A DNA stretch of 64,000 nt from Squalus acanthias (Eukaryota), in the NCBI GenBank assembly GCA_030390025.1, contig CM059431.1:143594001-143658000 (forward strand), written 5' to 3'. The notes beneath the pieces were generated by a model. That model worked only from the letters and a program-made list of their open reading frames with translations. It did no database searches and was not told where the DNA came from. Below, piece by piece: positions 1 to 12,552 of this stretch. Position 1 is the first letter of the stretch. Each line of letters starts with the position of its first letter. The position numbers were made by a program, and so were the translations under genes.

Positions 1-3000
1 GAATGCGTGGCTAGAGGAATGGTGCAAGGGGGAGGGATTCAAATTCCTTGGACATTGGAACCGGTTCTGGGGGAGGTGGTACCAGTACAAACGGGACGGT
101 CTGCACCTGGGCAGGGCCGGGACCGATGTCCTAGGGGGAGTGTTTGCTAGTGCTGTTGGGGAGGGTTTAAACTAATGTGGCAGGGGGTTGGGAACCTGAG
201 CAGGGAGACAGAGGATAGGGAAACAAGGATACAAACTAAAGACAGGAAGGAGAAAAACAAAAGTAGAAGGCAAAGAATTCAACGGTTTAAATCAAACATG
301 GTCACAGTAAATAATAATTCATATAGGTCTGAGAGCGTTAAAAAAACAAGCCTGAAGGCTTTGTGTCTTAATGCAAGGAGCATTCGGAACAAGGTGGATG
401 AATTAGCCGTGCAAATAGAGGTAAATGAATACGATTTGATTGGGATTACAGAAGCATGGCTCCAGGGTGGCCAGCCTGGTAACTCAACATCCAGGGTAAT
501 TCAATATTTAGGAAAGATAGGCAAAAAAGAAAGGGAGGTGGGGTAGCATTGCTGGTTAAAGAGGGGATTAACACAATTGAAAGGAAGGATATTAGCTCTG
601 ATGATGCGGAATCTGTATGTGTAGAACTGAGAAGTAACAAGGGGCAGAAAACGTTAGTGGGAGTGGTATATAGACCTCCAAACAGTAATACGGAGATTGG
701 GGACGGCATTAAAAGGGAAATTAGAGACGCATGCAGTAAGGGCACAGCAGTCATCATGGGTGACTTTAATTTACATATAGATTGGGCTAACCAAATTAGT
801 AAAAATACTGTGGAGGAGGAATTCCTAGAATGTTTACGAGATGGTTTTCTGGAACAATATGTCGAGGAACCAACCAGAGATCAGGCCATCTTAGACTGGG
901 TATTATGTAACGAGAAAGGATTAATTAGCAATCTTGTTGTACGAGGCCCCTTGGGTCAGAGTGATCATAATATGATAGAATTCTTCATTAGGATGGAGAG
1001 TGAAGTAGTTGAATCAGAGACTAGGGTCCTAAATTTAAATAAAGGAAACTATGATGGTATGAGGCGTGAATTGGGTAGGATTCATTGGGGAATGTCACTC
1101 AAGGGGTTGACGGTGTATAGGCAATGGCAAACATTGAAAGACTGCATGGATGAACTACAGAATTTGTTCATCCCAGTGTGGCATAAGAATAAAACAAAAA
1201 GGGTGACTCAACCGTGGCTAACAAGGGAAATTAGGGATAGCATAAGAACCAAGGAGAGGGCATATAAATTGGCCAGAAAAAGCGGTAGCCCTGAGGATTG
1301 GGAGCCGTTTAGGATTGAACAAAGGAGGACAAGGGGATTAATGAAGAAGGGGAAAATAGAATATGAAAGTAAGCTTGCTGGGAACATAAAAACTGACTGT
1401 AAGAGCATTTATAGATATGTGAAGAGAAAAAGATTAGTGAAATCAAGTGTAGGTCCCTTGCAGTCAGAAGCGGGGGAAGTTATAATGGGGAACAAAGAAA
1501 TGGCAGCCCAATTAAATGCATATTTTGGGTCGTCTTCACAAAGGAGGACACAAATAACCTCCCAGAGATGTTGGAGAACATACGGTCTGATGAAAGGGAG
1601 GAACTGAAAGAAATCAGTATTTGCAGGGAAAGGGTGTTAGGGAAATTGACGGTATTGAAGGCCGATTAATCCCCAGGGCCTGATAATCTACATCCTAGGG
1701 TACTTAAGGAAGTAGCCCTAGAAATAGTAGATGCATTGCTGATCATCTTCCAACATTCGATGGAATCTGGAACAGTACCCATGGATTGGAGGGTAGCTAA
1801 TGTTACCCCACTATTCAAAAAGGGTGGTAGAGAGAAAGCGGGGAATTACAGACCGGTAAGCCTGACATCGGTAGTGGGGAAAATGCTAGAGTCCATTATA
1901 AAGGATGTAATAGCTGAGCACTTGAGAAACAGTGACAGGATCGGACAAAGTCAACATGGATTTACAAAAGGTAAATCGTGCTTGACTAATCTACTGGAAT
2001 TTTTTGTGGATGTAACTGGGAAAATAGATAAGGGAGAACCAGTAGATGTGGTGTATTTGGACTTTCAAAAGGCTTTTGATAAGGTCCCGCATAAGAGATT
2101 AGCGTGTAAAGTTAAGGCACATGGCATTGGGGGCAAGGTATTGACTTGGATAGAGAACTGCTTGGCGGACAGAAAGCAGAGAGTAGGAATTAATGGGTCT
2201 TTTTCCGAGTGGCAAGCAGTGACTAGTGGGGTACCGCAGGGATCGGTCCTTGGAACCTAGCTATTCACAATATACATTAATGATCTAGATAAGGGAATTA
2301 AATGTCATATCTCCAAGTTTGCAGATGAAACAAAGCTGGGTGGGAGTGTGTGCTGCGAGGAGGATACCGAGAAACTCCAGGATGATTTGGACAGGTTGGG
2401 TGAGTGGGCGGAAGCGTGGCAGATGCAATATAACGTGGATAAGTGCGAGGTTATCCACTTTGGTGTCAAAAACAGAACGGCAGACTATTATCTGATTGGC
2501 AATAGATTGGGAGAAGGGGAAGTGCAACGAGAACTGGGTGTCCTTCTGCACCAGTCGCTGAAAGTAAGCATGCATGTGCAGCAGGCGGTGAAGAAGGCAA
2601 ATGGTATGTTGGCCCTCATAGCGAAAGGGTTTGAGTATAGGAACAGGGATGTCCTGCTGCAGTTGTACAGGGCCTTGGTGAGACCACACCTTGAGCACTG
2701 TGTGCAGTTTTAGTCGCCTTATCTGAGGAAGGATGTTCTTGCCATGAAGGAGTTCAGCGAAGATTCACAAGGCTGATACCTGGGATGGCAGGAATGACAT
2801 ATGAGGAGAGATTGGGTCGATTGGGCTTATACTCACTGGAGTATAGAAGAATGAGAGGGGATCTCATCGAAACATATAAAATTCTGACAGGTCTGGACAA
2901 ACTAGATGCAGGAAGAATGTTCCCGATGGTCGGAGAGTCCAGAACCAGGGGTCATAATCTACGGATAACGGGTAAACCATTTAGGACAGAAATGAGGAAG

Positions 3001-3257
3001 AATTTCTTCACCCAGAGAGTGGTGAACCTGTGGAATTCTCTACCACAGAAGGTAGTTGAGGCGAAGTCATTAAATATATTCAAGGATGAGTTAGATATAT
3101 TTCTTAAAGCTAAAGGTATCAAGGGATATGGGGAGAAGGCAGGTACAGGGTACTGAGTTTGGATGATCAGCCATGATCTCATTGAATGGCGGAGCAGGCT
3201 CGAGGGGCCGAATGGCCTACTCCTGCTCCTATCTTCTATGTTTCTATGTTTCTATGT
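1..3257 (+). mobile_element. CR1-clade LINE, 5' end outside the window; ORF1 tail plus disrupted ORF2 (APE endonuclease + reverse transcriptase)
   Basis: Frame 2 of 1-175 reads ...KRDGLHL...GEGLN* (SGNH-esterase DxxH). ORF2 fragments: LCLNARSI, GDFN, SDHN (APE); NYRPVSLTS, YLDFQKAFDKVPH, GVPQGSVLG (RT). 3' end is (TTTCTATG)n at ~3234-3257. Frameshifts and stops split ORF2. Confidence 0.97.
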
Positions 3258-3278
3258 AATTGATCCCTTGGACTCTAT

Positions 3279-4022
3279 GGGCCGAAAATTGATCCCGGGA
3301 CGCGAGAGTACGCACTGCATACTCTCGCGTATTCCCACTCCAATTGCCGGTTTTCTGCATGCCCTGCGCATGCGCTGAAAACCGGCAATTGCTCTTCCGA
3401 AAAGGGGGCGGGGCCGGAGTGCATCGCGTGCGCGCTACAGGCTGCGCGCACGCTGTGCACTTCATGCTTTGGACGCGCAGGTAAGTACTGAAGATTTTGG
3501 AAATGTAAAAAGGAGGAGTAAGACCCGCTTTTAAGAAGGTAAGTAGTGAATTAAGTATTTTTTTGAATTTTTTTTTACAGGTATATCTTTTTTATAGACT
3601 TTAAAGACAGGTAAGTTTATTTTTATAACTTTTTAAAAGATTTTAAATTTTTTCAAAAATTTAATTTTTTATTTAAAATGGTTAATTTAATTAACTATAC
3701 TTATTTTATTAATGTGATGGTTTTTTTAAAAAATTTAATTGAGGTTTAGCTGTTATTTTGGGGGGGTGTAAGATTCATAAGTCTCTCAGCCATGCTGTGA
3801 GACTTATGAATGGAAGATGGTGTGCTGCCATTGGCTCTAACTGAGTCACGTGATCCCACAGCTCGCACGAATTAACTACGCCGCTGGGATACGCAAGCCC
3901 AGCACAGCTGATGTCTGGAACATCAATTTCGTGCGAGCTGGATCAGAAAAAGCATAAGCGAGGTGAGACATCGTGGGAAAGGCTTACCCCCGCGGGAACA
4001 GAGCGAGATCAATTTCTGGGCC
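3279..4022. mobile_element. PIF/Harbinger-like MITE
   Basis: 16-bp TIRs GGGCCGAAAATTGATC / revcomp GGCCCAGAAATTGATC (13/16 match). TAT TSD at 3276-3278 and 4023-4025. Paralogous empty site GACTC-TAT-GTATC at ~6067. Confidence 0.88.
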
Positions 4023-4260
4023 TATGTATCATACTGGTAAATCTACGCTTCACTCTTTAATCCTAATACTACCTTCCTAAGGTGTGATGCCCAGAAGTGA
4101 ACACAGTATTCCAGGTGTGTTCTAACCAGTGCTTTGTACAGCTGTTGCATAATTTCTCCCCCTTATATTGTAATCCTATAGATATAGAGACCAGCATTCA
4201 ATTCGCCTTTCTGATTATTTTCTGTACCTGTCCATGACAATTTACCGACAAATGTATGTG

Positions 4261-4332
4261 GGCACGGTAGCCAAGCGGTTAGTCATCGGTCTTTTTAACC
4301 GAAGAGCGCGGGTTCGATCCCCGTCCGTGCCT
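4261..4332 (+). tRNA. tRNA-Thr(CGT)-type body with anticodon changed to TTT; probably non-functional
   Basis: GGCACGG/CCGTGCC acceptor stem, TCGGT/ACCGA anticodon stem, GTTCGATCC B box. Matches vertebrate tRNA-Thr-CGT except the loop CTTTTTA and a D-stem mismatch. Confidence 0.7.
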
Positions 4333-4394
4333 CGGCTATTTTTGAATATTTCAGGCAATGCTTTCTCAATGACCAACCGCTCGATTTCTACAGG

Positions 4395-5915
4395 ACATGG
4401 AAAGCTAACAGATGGCTAACAGACAATTGGCAGATGGAGAAGTGTGAGGTGAAACCTTTTGGCAGAAGGGACAGGGAGAGGCAATATACACTTAATGGCA
4501 CAGTTTTAAAAAGTGTGCAGGGACAGAGGGACCTGGGAGTTAATGTTCATATGTCCCTGAATGAGACAAGGCATATTGAGAAAGTGGAGAACAAGGCATG
4601 TGGGATGTTGGGCTTCATAAATAGAGGTATTGAGTGCAAAAGTAGAGAGGTTATGCTTTTTTATATTCGCTAATGGGATCTGGGCTTCGCTGGCAAGGCC
4701 AGCATTTATTGCCCATCCCTAGTTGCCCTTGAAATGGTTGTGGTGAGCCGCCTTCTTGAACCGCTGCAGTCCGTGTGATGAATGTACTCCCACAGTGTTG
4801 TTAGGCAGGGAGTTCCAGGATTTAGAACCAGCAACGATGAAGGAATGGCGATAAACTTCCAAGTCAGGATGGTGTGTGACTTGGAGGGAACTTGGAGGTG
4901 GTGGTGTTCCCATGCGCCTGCTGACCTTGTCCTTCTGGATGGAAGAGGTCGCGGGTTTGGGAGGTGCTCCCGCAGAAGCATTGGCGAGTTGCTGCAGTGC
5001 ATCTAGTAGATGGTACACACTGCAGCCACGGTACGCCAGTGCTGGAGGGAGTGAACGTTTAAGGTGGTGGATGGAGTGCCAATCGAATGGGCTGCTTTGT
5101 CCTGGATGGTGTCGAGCTTCTTGAGTGTTGTTGTAGCTGCACTCATCCAGGCAAGTGGAGTGTATTCCATCACACTCCTTAATTGTGCCTTGTAGATGGT
5201 GAAATTGTTTGGGGAGTAACGAGCTCAGACACTCGTCACAGAATACGCATGCTCTGACCTGCTCTTGTTGCCACAGTATTTATGTGTCTGGTTCAGTTAA
5301 GTTCCTGGTCAATGGTGACCCCCAGGTTGTTGATGGTGGGGGATTCAGCCGGACCTTCATAAAGCGCTTTTAAGGGCACAACTGGAGTATTGCTTCCAGT
5401 TCTGTTCACCCCACTTTAGGAAGGATGAGAAGGCCCTTGAGAGAGTGCAGAGTAGATAGAATGTTTCCTGGGAAGGGGGATCTTACCTACAAGGTCAGGG
5501 TGGAGAAGCTGGTTTTGTTTTCATTAGAGCACAGGAGGTTGAAGGGTGATTTGATAGATGTGTGCAAGATTATGATGGGTTTGGATAAGCTGGACTGGGA
5601 AAAGCTGTTCGCTCTAGTTGATGGTACAAGGAATAGCGGAAAGGGAATTAAAGTTTTGGGCACAAGATACAGGGGGGTTGTGTGGAAAGAAAATTTGCGC
5701 AGCGAGTGGTGAAGACCTGGAATTCGCTGCCGACGGAAGTGGTGGAAGCGGATAAACTCAATGTTTTCAAGGGGAGACTGGATAGGCACTTGAGGGAAAT
5801 AAACTTGTAGAGCTACGGGGATAGATCGGGGAATGGGACTGATTGGATTGCTCTACCGAGAGCCGGCACGGACTCGATTGGCCGAATGGCCTCCTTCTGT
5901 GCCGGTATGACTCTA
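4395..5915 (+). mobile_element. Old CR1 3' fragment, interrupted at 4657-5351
   Basis: MEKCEV..FG, QRDLGV, LFSLEHRRLKGDLI peptides; 3' hairpin region GGCCGAATGGCCTCCTTCTG. Confidence 0.8.
4657..5351 (-). mobile_element. 3' fragment of a second LINE family (tail GGCAATTAGGGATGGGCAATAAATG), nested in CR1
   Basis: Inserted between TTATGCT and GACCTTCAT, which are contiguous in the paralog at ~7484. Encodes RHSFIVAGSKSWNSLP...FKKAAHH, as does 9933-10208. Confidence 0.85.
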
Positions 5916-6197
5916 GTCTCGCCAATCATCGGAAATATCTTCCCTCTATCTACCCTATCAGTTCCACTTAATATCGTGAATACTTCAATCATATCACACC
6001 TTAAGCTTCTAAATTCCAGTGATTACAACCTAGATTGTGTAATCTTCCCTTTTAATTGATCCCTTGGACTCTATGTATCATTCTGGTGAATCTACGCTTC
6101 ACTCTTAAATCCTAATACAACCTTCCTATGGTTTGGTGCCCAGAACAGAAAACAGTATTCCAGGTGTGGTCTATCCATAATTTCTGCCCCTTATAAT

Positions 6198-6951
6198 GGC
6201 CCGTAATTTCGGATAGGAGGCTTCCTGCATGCGGATGCCTCCGATCGGAAAATAAATCTACGCACTTCCATGAGGTGCTCCCGAGGTCCTGACACTTCCG
6301 ATGCTGGGCCTGTCCAAGTCGAAAGACGCAGGGCCCAGGTATCCCAGGGGCGCATGCGGTTCGCTAGGGTCCCTGGGATCACGTGGGACAGGCGAGCCAA
6401 TGGGAGAAGTTAATCCCCTTTCATACTTTTGACAGATAGACCTTGAATAGTATGAATGGCGATCACTCCAAAAAGACTCTGAAACATTAAATATATTTTA
6501 AAAAAACCATCACGTTTTCAAAAACAGTCAAAATTACATTAAATTAAACATTAAAAAAATGTATTTTTTTGAAAAAAATAATTAAAGTTTTTTACGGGAC
6601 TCAAAATAAACTTACATTTTTTAAAGTATTTTAAAATTATAAATGAGTGAAAAGCTTTTTTTTAAAAAATGTTAACTCTTATGCTGGTAAAAGCAGGCCT
6701 TACACCTGCTTTTACCAGGCGTAAGATTTCTAAGGGTTTTTAGGGGGTGGAGGTTCTGCAGAAAGCGGAAATCTCCACCCGCAGAGGCCCTTCTCCAGGG
6801 CAGGCGTCCGATCTCTCAAGAGAATTCTTAACAGATCGGAAATGACGGTTTTCAGCGCATACACTTCGCATGCCTGAAACCGGCATTTCCGATGTCCCTG
6901 CGTTTGTGTTCACAGCTCCTACACACCCGTAGGCATCGGAAAATACAGGCC
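6198..6951. mobile_element. PIF/Harbinger-like MITE (second family)
   Basis: TIRs GGCCCGTAATTTCGGA / revcomp GGCCTGTATTTTCCGA (13/16). Degenerate 3-bp TSD AAT/ATC. Empty site CCTTAT-ATT-GTAATCC at ~4161 and ~7620. Confidence 0.85.
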
Positions 6952-7057
6952 ATCGTAATCCTATAGATACAAAGACCAACATTCAATTAGCCTTTTTGAT
7001 TATGTTCTGTACCTGTCCATGACAATTTAATGATAAATGGACATGGGTGCATAAGTG

Positions 7058-7141
7058 GGCGTGGTGGCCAAGCGGTAAGGCGTCGGTTTGCGTCGGTCTT
7101 GTAAACCGTAAGAGCTCATGTTCGATTCCCATCCTGTGCCT
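7058..7141 (+). pseudogene. tRNA-Thr pseudogene (TGT loop) with an internal 10-nt duplication
   Basis: GGCGTGGTGGCCAAGCGGTAAGGCGTCGGT[TTGCGTCGGT]CTTGTAAACCG...TGTGCCT; flanks paralogous to those of the 4261 copy. Confidence 0.85.
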
Positions 7142-8219
7142 CCGCGAGCTCTGAATATTTCAGACGATGCTTTCCGAACACATGCCCCTTTTACAGCTGC
7201 TCGATTGCTATGGGACATAGAATGGCTAGCAGAAGATTAACAGATAAGTGGGAGATGGAATTTAATACAGAGAAGTGTGAGGTGACACATTTTGCCAGAA
7301 GGAATAGCGAGCGGCAATATACACTTAATGGCACAGTTTTAAAGAATGTGCAGGGACAGAGGGACCTGGGAGGTAATGTTCATATGCCCCTGAAGGTGGC
7401 AGGACATATTGAGAGAGTGGTAAACAAAGCATATGTGATCTTGGGCTACATAAATAGAGGTATTGAACACAAAAGTAAGGAAGTTATGCTGAACCTTCAT
7501 AAAGCACTTCACTCTTTAATCATAATACTACCTTCCTAAGGTGTGATGCCCAGAACTGAACACAGTATTCCAGGTGTGGTTTAACCAGAGCTTTGTATAG
7601 CTAGAGCATAATTTCTCCCACTTATATTGTAATCCTATAGATATAAAGAACACCATTCAATTAGCCTTTTTGATTATTTTCTGTACCTGTCCATGGCATT
7701 TTTATGAAAATTTAAAAGGACCCTTAAATCTCTTTTGACATCTACTGGTTCCAGGTTTTCTTCGTTTAGAATGTATTCTGATCTCTCTTTATCTACGCTT
7801 CACTCTTCAAGGTTAATACTTCCTTCCGAATGTGTGGTGCCCAGAACTGAACTCAGTCTAACCAGCGCTTTATATTGCTGTAGCTTAACTTCTCTCCTGA
7901 TACTGTAGTTCTCTAGTTATAAATAGCAGCATTGCATGAACCTTTTTTGATTATTTATTGTACCTGTCCATGAAATTTTAATGATACATGTACATGGACC
8001 CTTACGTCTCTTTGGACCTCCACTGTGTCTCGCCTCTCACCGTTTATCACTTCGATCTATACTATTTAGGTCCAAAGTCGATAATCTCACACTCGCCTAG
8101 ATTAAAAATCATTTGCCACAGTTTTGTGCAGTCAGTTAATCTATTAATGTCTGTTTGTAATTTCATACTTCCATCTAAATTCTTTACAAAGCCGCCTATA
8201 TTTGCGCCCATATTGGCAA

Positions 8220-8990
8220 ACTTGGATATCAGGTTTGGATATGCGGCTTGTTAAGAAGATGGAAACCCATGGAATGAAGTGGAAAGTGCCGTATGGCAAC
8301 AAAATATGCTCAGTGATAGGAAGCCAATGGTGGTCGTGGATGGATGTTTTTTCAGACTGGGAGGTAGTTTGCCGTGCTGTTCACCAAGAGTAATTTTGGG
8401 TCCATTACACTTTTCATGTTTTATAAACAACATAGGCAGCAGCATTACACACTTAGCAGATGATACGAATCTTGGAAAAGAAGTAGATAGTGATGAGGGT
8501 ACTTACCGGCTTCAGGCTGACAGAGCAAGGATGGTGAAATGGGAAGAAGAGCAGATGGAATTCAATGCGGAGAAGTGTGAAGTGATGCACTTTGGGAGGA
8601 CTAAAATGGAAAGACAGTGTATTGTAAATGGCACAATATTGAAAAGTTTAAATGTGCAGTGGAACCTTGGTGTCCATATACACAAATCCTTAAAGGTGGC
8701 AGGGCAGTTTGAAAAGTTGGTTAAAAATTACATGATTTAATTGGGTTTATAAATAATGGAATATAATATAAAAACAAAGCGATCATGCGAGAATTTTATA
8801 AATCACTGGTAAATCCTCAGCTGGAGCATTGTTGACAATTCTGAGCACCACCCTTCAGGAAAGATGTGAAGGCCTTAGAAAGGGAACTGAGGAAGTTTAC
8901 CAGGATGTTACCAGGGATGAGGAGCTTCGTTATGAGGAGAGGTTGGAAAAGTTAGGACTGTTCTCCTTGGAACAGAGAATGTTAAGAGGA
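8220..8990 (+). mobile_element. Degenerate CR1 RT fragment
   Basis: LADDTNLG, MEFNAEKCEVMHFG, YEERLEKLGLFSLEQR. Confidence 0.8.
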
Positions 8991-10270
8991 GCAAAGGCTA
9001 TGGGCACCGACAATATCCCGGCTGTTGTGCTGATGACTTGTGCTACAGAACAAGCCGCGCCTCCAGCCAAGCTGTTCCAGTACAGCTACAACACTGGCAT
9101 CTATCCGACAATGTGGAAAATTGTCCAGGTTTGTCCTGTCCACAAAAAGCAAGACAAATGAAGCAGTCCATTGCCACATGCAATAAGACCTGGACGACAT
9201 TCAGGGTTGGGCTCATGAATTGCAGGTAACATTTGCGCCACACAAGTGCCAGGTAATGACTATCTCCAACAAGCGAGAGTCTAAACAACGCCCCTTGACA
9301 TTCACAGAATCCCCACAGTGCAGATAGAGGCCATTTCGGCCCATCGAGCCTGCACCGACACATATCCCATCCTATCCCCGTAACCTCACGTATTTAATCC
9401 CCCTTAACACTAAGGGTCAATTTATCATAGCCAAATCAACCTAACCCGCACATCTTTGGACTGTGGGAGGAAACCGGAGCACCCGGAGGAAACCCACGCA
9501 GACACGGGGAGAATGTGCAATCTCCACACAGACAGTCACCCGAGGCCGGATTCGATCCGGGTCCCTGGCGCTGTGAGGCAACAGTGCTAACATTCAATGG
9601 CATTACCATCGCCGAATCCCCCATCAACATCCTGGGGTCACCATTGACCAGAAACTTAACTGGACCATCCACGTAAATACTGTGGCAACAAGAGCAGGTC
9701 AGATGATAGTATTCTGCGGCAAGTGTCTCAGCTCCTGACTCCCCAAAGCCTTTCCGGCATCAACAAGGCACAAGTAAGGAGCATGATGGAATATTCTCCA
9801 CTTGCCTGAATGAGTGCATCTCCAACAACACTCAAGAAGCTCGACACCATCTAGGACAAAGCAGCCCGCTTGATTGGCATCCCATCCAACACCTTAAACA
9901 TTAATTCCCTCCACCACCGGCGTATCATCTAAATGATGCACTGCAACAAATCGCCAAGAATTCTTCGACAGCAACTCCCAAAACCGCGACCTCTACGACC
10001 TAGAAAGACAAGGACAGCAGGCGCGTGGGAACAGCACCACCTCCAAGTTCCCCTCCAAGTCACACACCATCCTGACTTGGAAGTTTATCGCCGTTCCTTC
10101 ATCGTCGCTGGGTCAAAATCCTGGAACTCCCTACCTAACAGCACCTTCACCACACGGATTATACGGTTCAAGAATGCGACTCACCACCACCTTCTCAAGG
10201 GCAATTAGGGTTGGGCAATAAATGCTGGAATTGCCAGCGACGCCCAGATCCCGTGAACGAATAAAAAAAA
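8990..10270 (+). mobile_element. Second-family LINE, internally deleted, with 3' tail and A-run
   Basis: AKAMGTDNIPAVVLMTCA...WKIVQVCPVHKKQDK, then jumps to the C-terminal region; ends GGCAATTAGGGTTGGGCAATAAATG...AATAAAAAAAA. Confidence 0.85.
9305..9589 (-). mobile_element. HE1-like (V-SINE) tRNA-derived SINE, slightly 5'-truncated
   Basis: Minus strand carries the V-domain TGTCTGTGTGGAGATTGCACATTCTCCCCGTGTCTGCGTGGGTTTCCTCCGGGTGCTCCGGTTTCCTCCCACAGTCC and a CR1-like tail. TSD ACATTCA at 9298-9304 and 9590-9596. Confidence 0.9.
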
Positions 10271-10829
10271 CGAATAGAGTTTTACAAGATGATGTGAGGT
10301 TTGATAGAGAAAAACGATTCCCTCTGACGGGTGGGTAAAGAACTAAAGATATTGGCGATCTTTACATATCAGTGAATCCGAAGGCAATTTGTCGCATCAA
10401 AGACTAAGTTTTACGCCCGACGCTTAACTTCCCCTATAGCTTGTTCGACACTCACCTCGGCAAAAGCATCGACTGAAGAGATTCTCAGTAAACTTCCTCA
10501 TATTTGCAATCAGATCAATTACAACGGAAGCTTCCCGATGCCGGTCTTCAATCCCGGGTTTTGATCCCACCAGATCTCCTCTCTGAACATAGCGACCTTT
10601 CTCCAGTCCCAGTTAGTGCAGTGATTATTCGAATTCTCTCTCTCCACCTTCGTGGGATACTGCTCAATCATAGAAATTTTTATAATAAACATTATTCATC
10701 TTAATAAGAGAATCTGTTGCAGGAAAACAATGGGACTATTTTGGTGAGTGTAAATATATTTAATTTGAAAATATTTACAAATTGTTTGAGTTACTTACTT
10801 TAATAATGCATAGCTCTTTTGACGGACCC

Positions 10830-11045
10830 TATTTATAGAGGCTGTACTCACTCACGATATCTGCTGCCAACTCCAGCTCCGCCCACAGTAACACAACACT
10901 GTTGGGGCGTAACCAGGGGCGGAAAGCTGTCTCCAGGTGACATCACAAAGGAGTCAGGGAGACAATCACACATCAGCCAGTAACGATGTTACAAAGCAGC
11001 CGGAGCCCCTCCCCCTCGATGTGTTACAGTGTCACATGACCATGC
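10830..11045 (-). promoter_or_regulatory. Pol II promoter-like module, copy 1
   Basis: TATAAATA 10837-10830, GC boxes (CCGCCC, GGGGCGG), TGACATCA, E-box GTCACATGAC; most motifs retained in copy 2. Confidence 0.55.
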
Positions 11046-11454
11046 TCTGCTCCTGGTGCGCAGTCTCACTGGGCATGAACACATGTTGCGCTATCACTCC
11101 TGTCACCGACCCCGCCCCGCATTTACTGTGACTCGGGGTAGGGGGCACAGCCTCCAGAATTACCCCTTACGCATTCTCCCTCCCATCTTCCAAATGCGAA
11201 GTCCCACTATTTAATGGACCCCATGTCCAACACTTGTTTATAAATTTTAACACCCCCCTTCTCTATATCAGGCAGCGTGTCTCCCACCTGCTTTGGCAGT
11301 GAGAGGCAGTTTGAGGTAATAATGCTGAGATGAGGCAGTGATATTACAACCACCTCTGTGTTCTTAAAGTAGTCTACTCGCTTTAACAATAAGGAGCATC
11401 AGAGACAACATGTGGAGGGATCATCAGTAGTATGAAGTGGTTTAAACATCGGGT

Positions 11455-12080
11455 TAGGAGCAGCACGTGTAAGATATAGGGTAAAGTTCCCTTAACACTG
11501 TACCATCAGACACTCGCTGGGCAGGTACAGCATCGGTTAGACACAGAGTAAAGCTCTATCTACACCGTGCTAACAAACCATCCGTGGGCAGGTACAGCAC
11601 GAGTTTATTCCAGAGTAAAGCTCCATCTACAGTCTCCCCTCAAACACTCCCACTGCAGGTAAAGTACGGGTTAGATACAAAGTAATGCTCCCTCTACACT
11701 GTCCCATCAAATACTCCCATAACAGGTAGACCAATTGTTAGATATAGAGAAAAGCTCCCGCTACACTCTTCCACCAAATACTCCCAGGGCAGGTACAGCA
11801 CGGGTTAGATGCAGTATTAAGCTTCCTTCCGACTGTCCCGTCAAATATTCCCAGGGCAGGTACGACAGGGGTTGCATACAGTGCAAATCGCTGTATTTTG
11901 GTTCATCAAGCACAGTCAACTCAGTTACAGCATGTGCTCAATGCAGCGTAAAGCTCTTCAGACACTAGCCAATGAAGCAAATCAACTCAGGTACAGCACG
12001 GTACGGTTACAGAATAAAATTCCGTGTACATGTAATTTTCAAGCTCTCCCAGGTGAGGTTTGGGCAAGATTCACACACGA
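11455..12080. repeat. ~67-bp tandem repeat, about 9 diverged units
   Basis: Unit ~CTCCCTCTACACTGTCCCATCAAACACTCCCAGGGCAGGTACAGCACGGGTTAGATACAGAGTAAAG; CAGGTA recurs about every 67 bp. Confidence 0.9.
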
Positions 12081-12552
12081 GTGAATCCCCAGTCAGATTG
12101 CGGGATCAAAGGCCGAGACGTACAGCAAATGTTGAATAGCTGCCGATACCGGGTTCGATTCTCACCTCGGCAAAATCCTGGACTGATTGGATTCTCAGGA
12201 AAGTTCCCCATTCATGAAATCATTGCAGAAGCTTTCTGTTTTATCCCGTCTTTGATTCTGGGAGACATGGTACCACCAGATATGTTGTGTGAAACCAATG
12301 ACATTTCTCCGATCCCAGTTAGTGTGGTGATGATTCGCCTTCTCTCTCCCTCCACCGTCATGAGATACTGCTGACTCCGAGGAACCACGAATATATAAAA
12401 ATGATTCATTTTAATTCCATATACTGTGATCGGAATACAATGGGACTGACGTTGCGACTATGAATATATTAAATTTGAATATATTTACAATTAATTATGT
12501 TTGGTTGAATAACTTACTTTAATATTAACATGTTCTTTTCTGTCCTTGCCCC

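Noticed and set aside
173..177. TAATG stop-start overlap of CR1 ORF1/ORF2 as a reinitiation signal
   Set aside because: The full-length copy has TAATT at the same position (~19189), so the ATG is not conserved within the window.
11455..12080. CRISPR-like repeat-spacer structure
   Set aside because: The whole 67-bp unit is repeated; there are no unique spacers.
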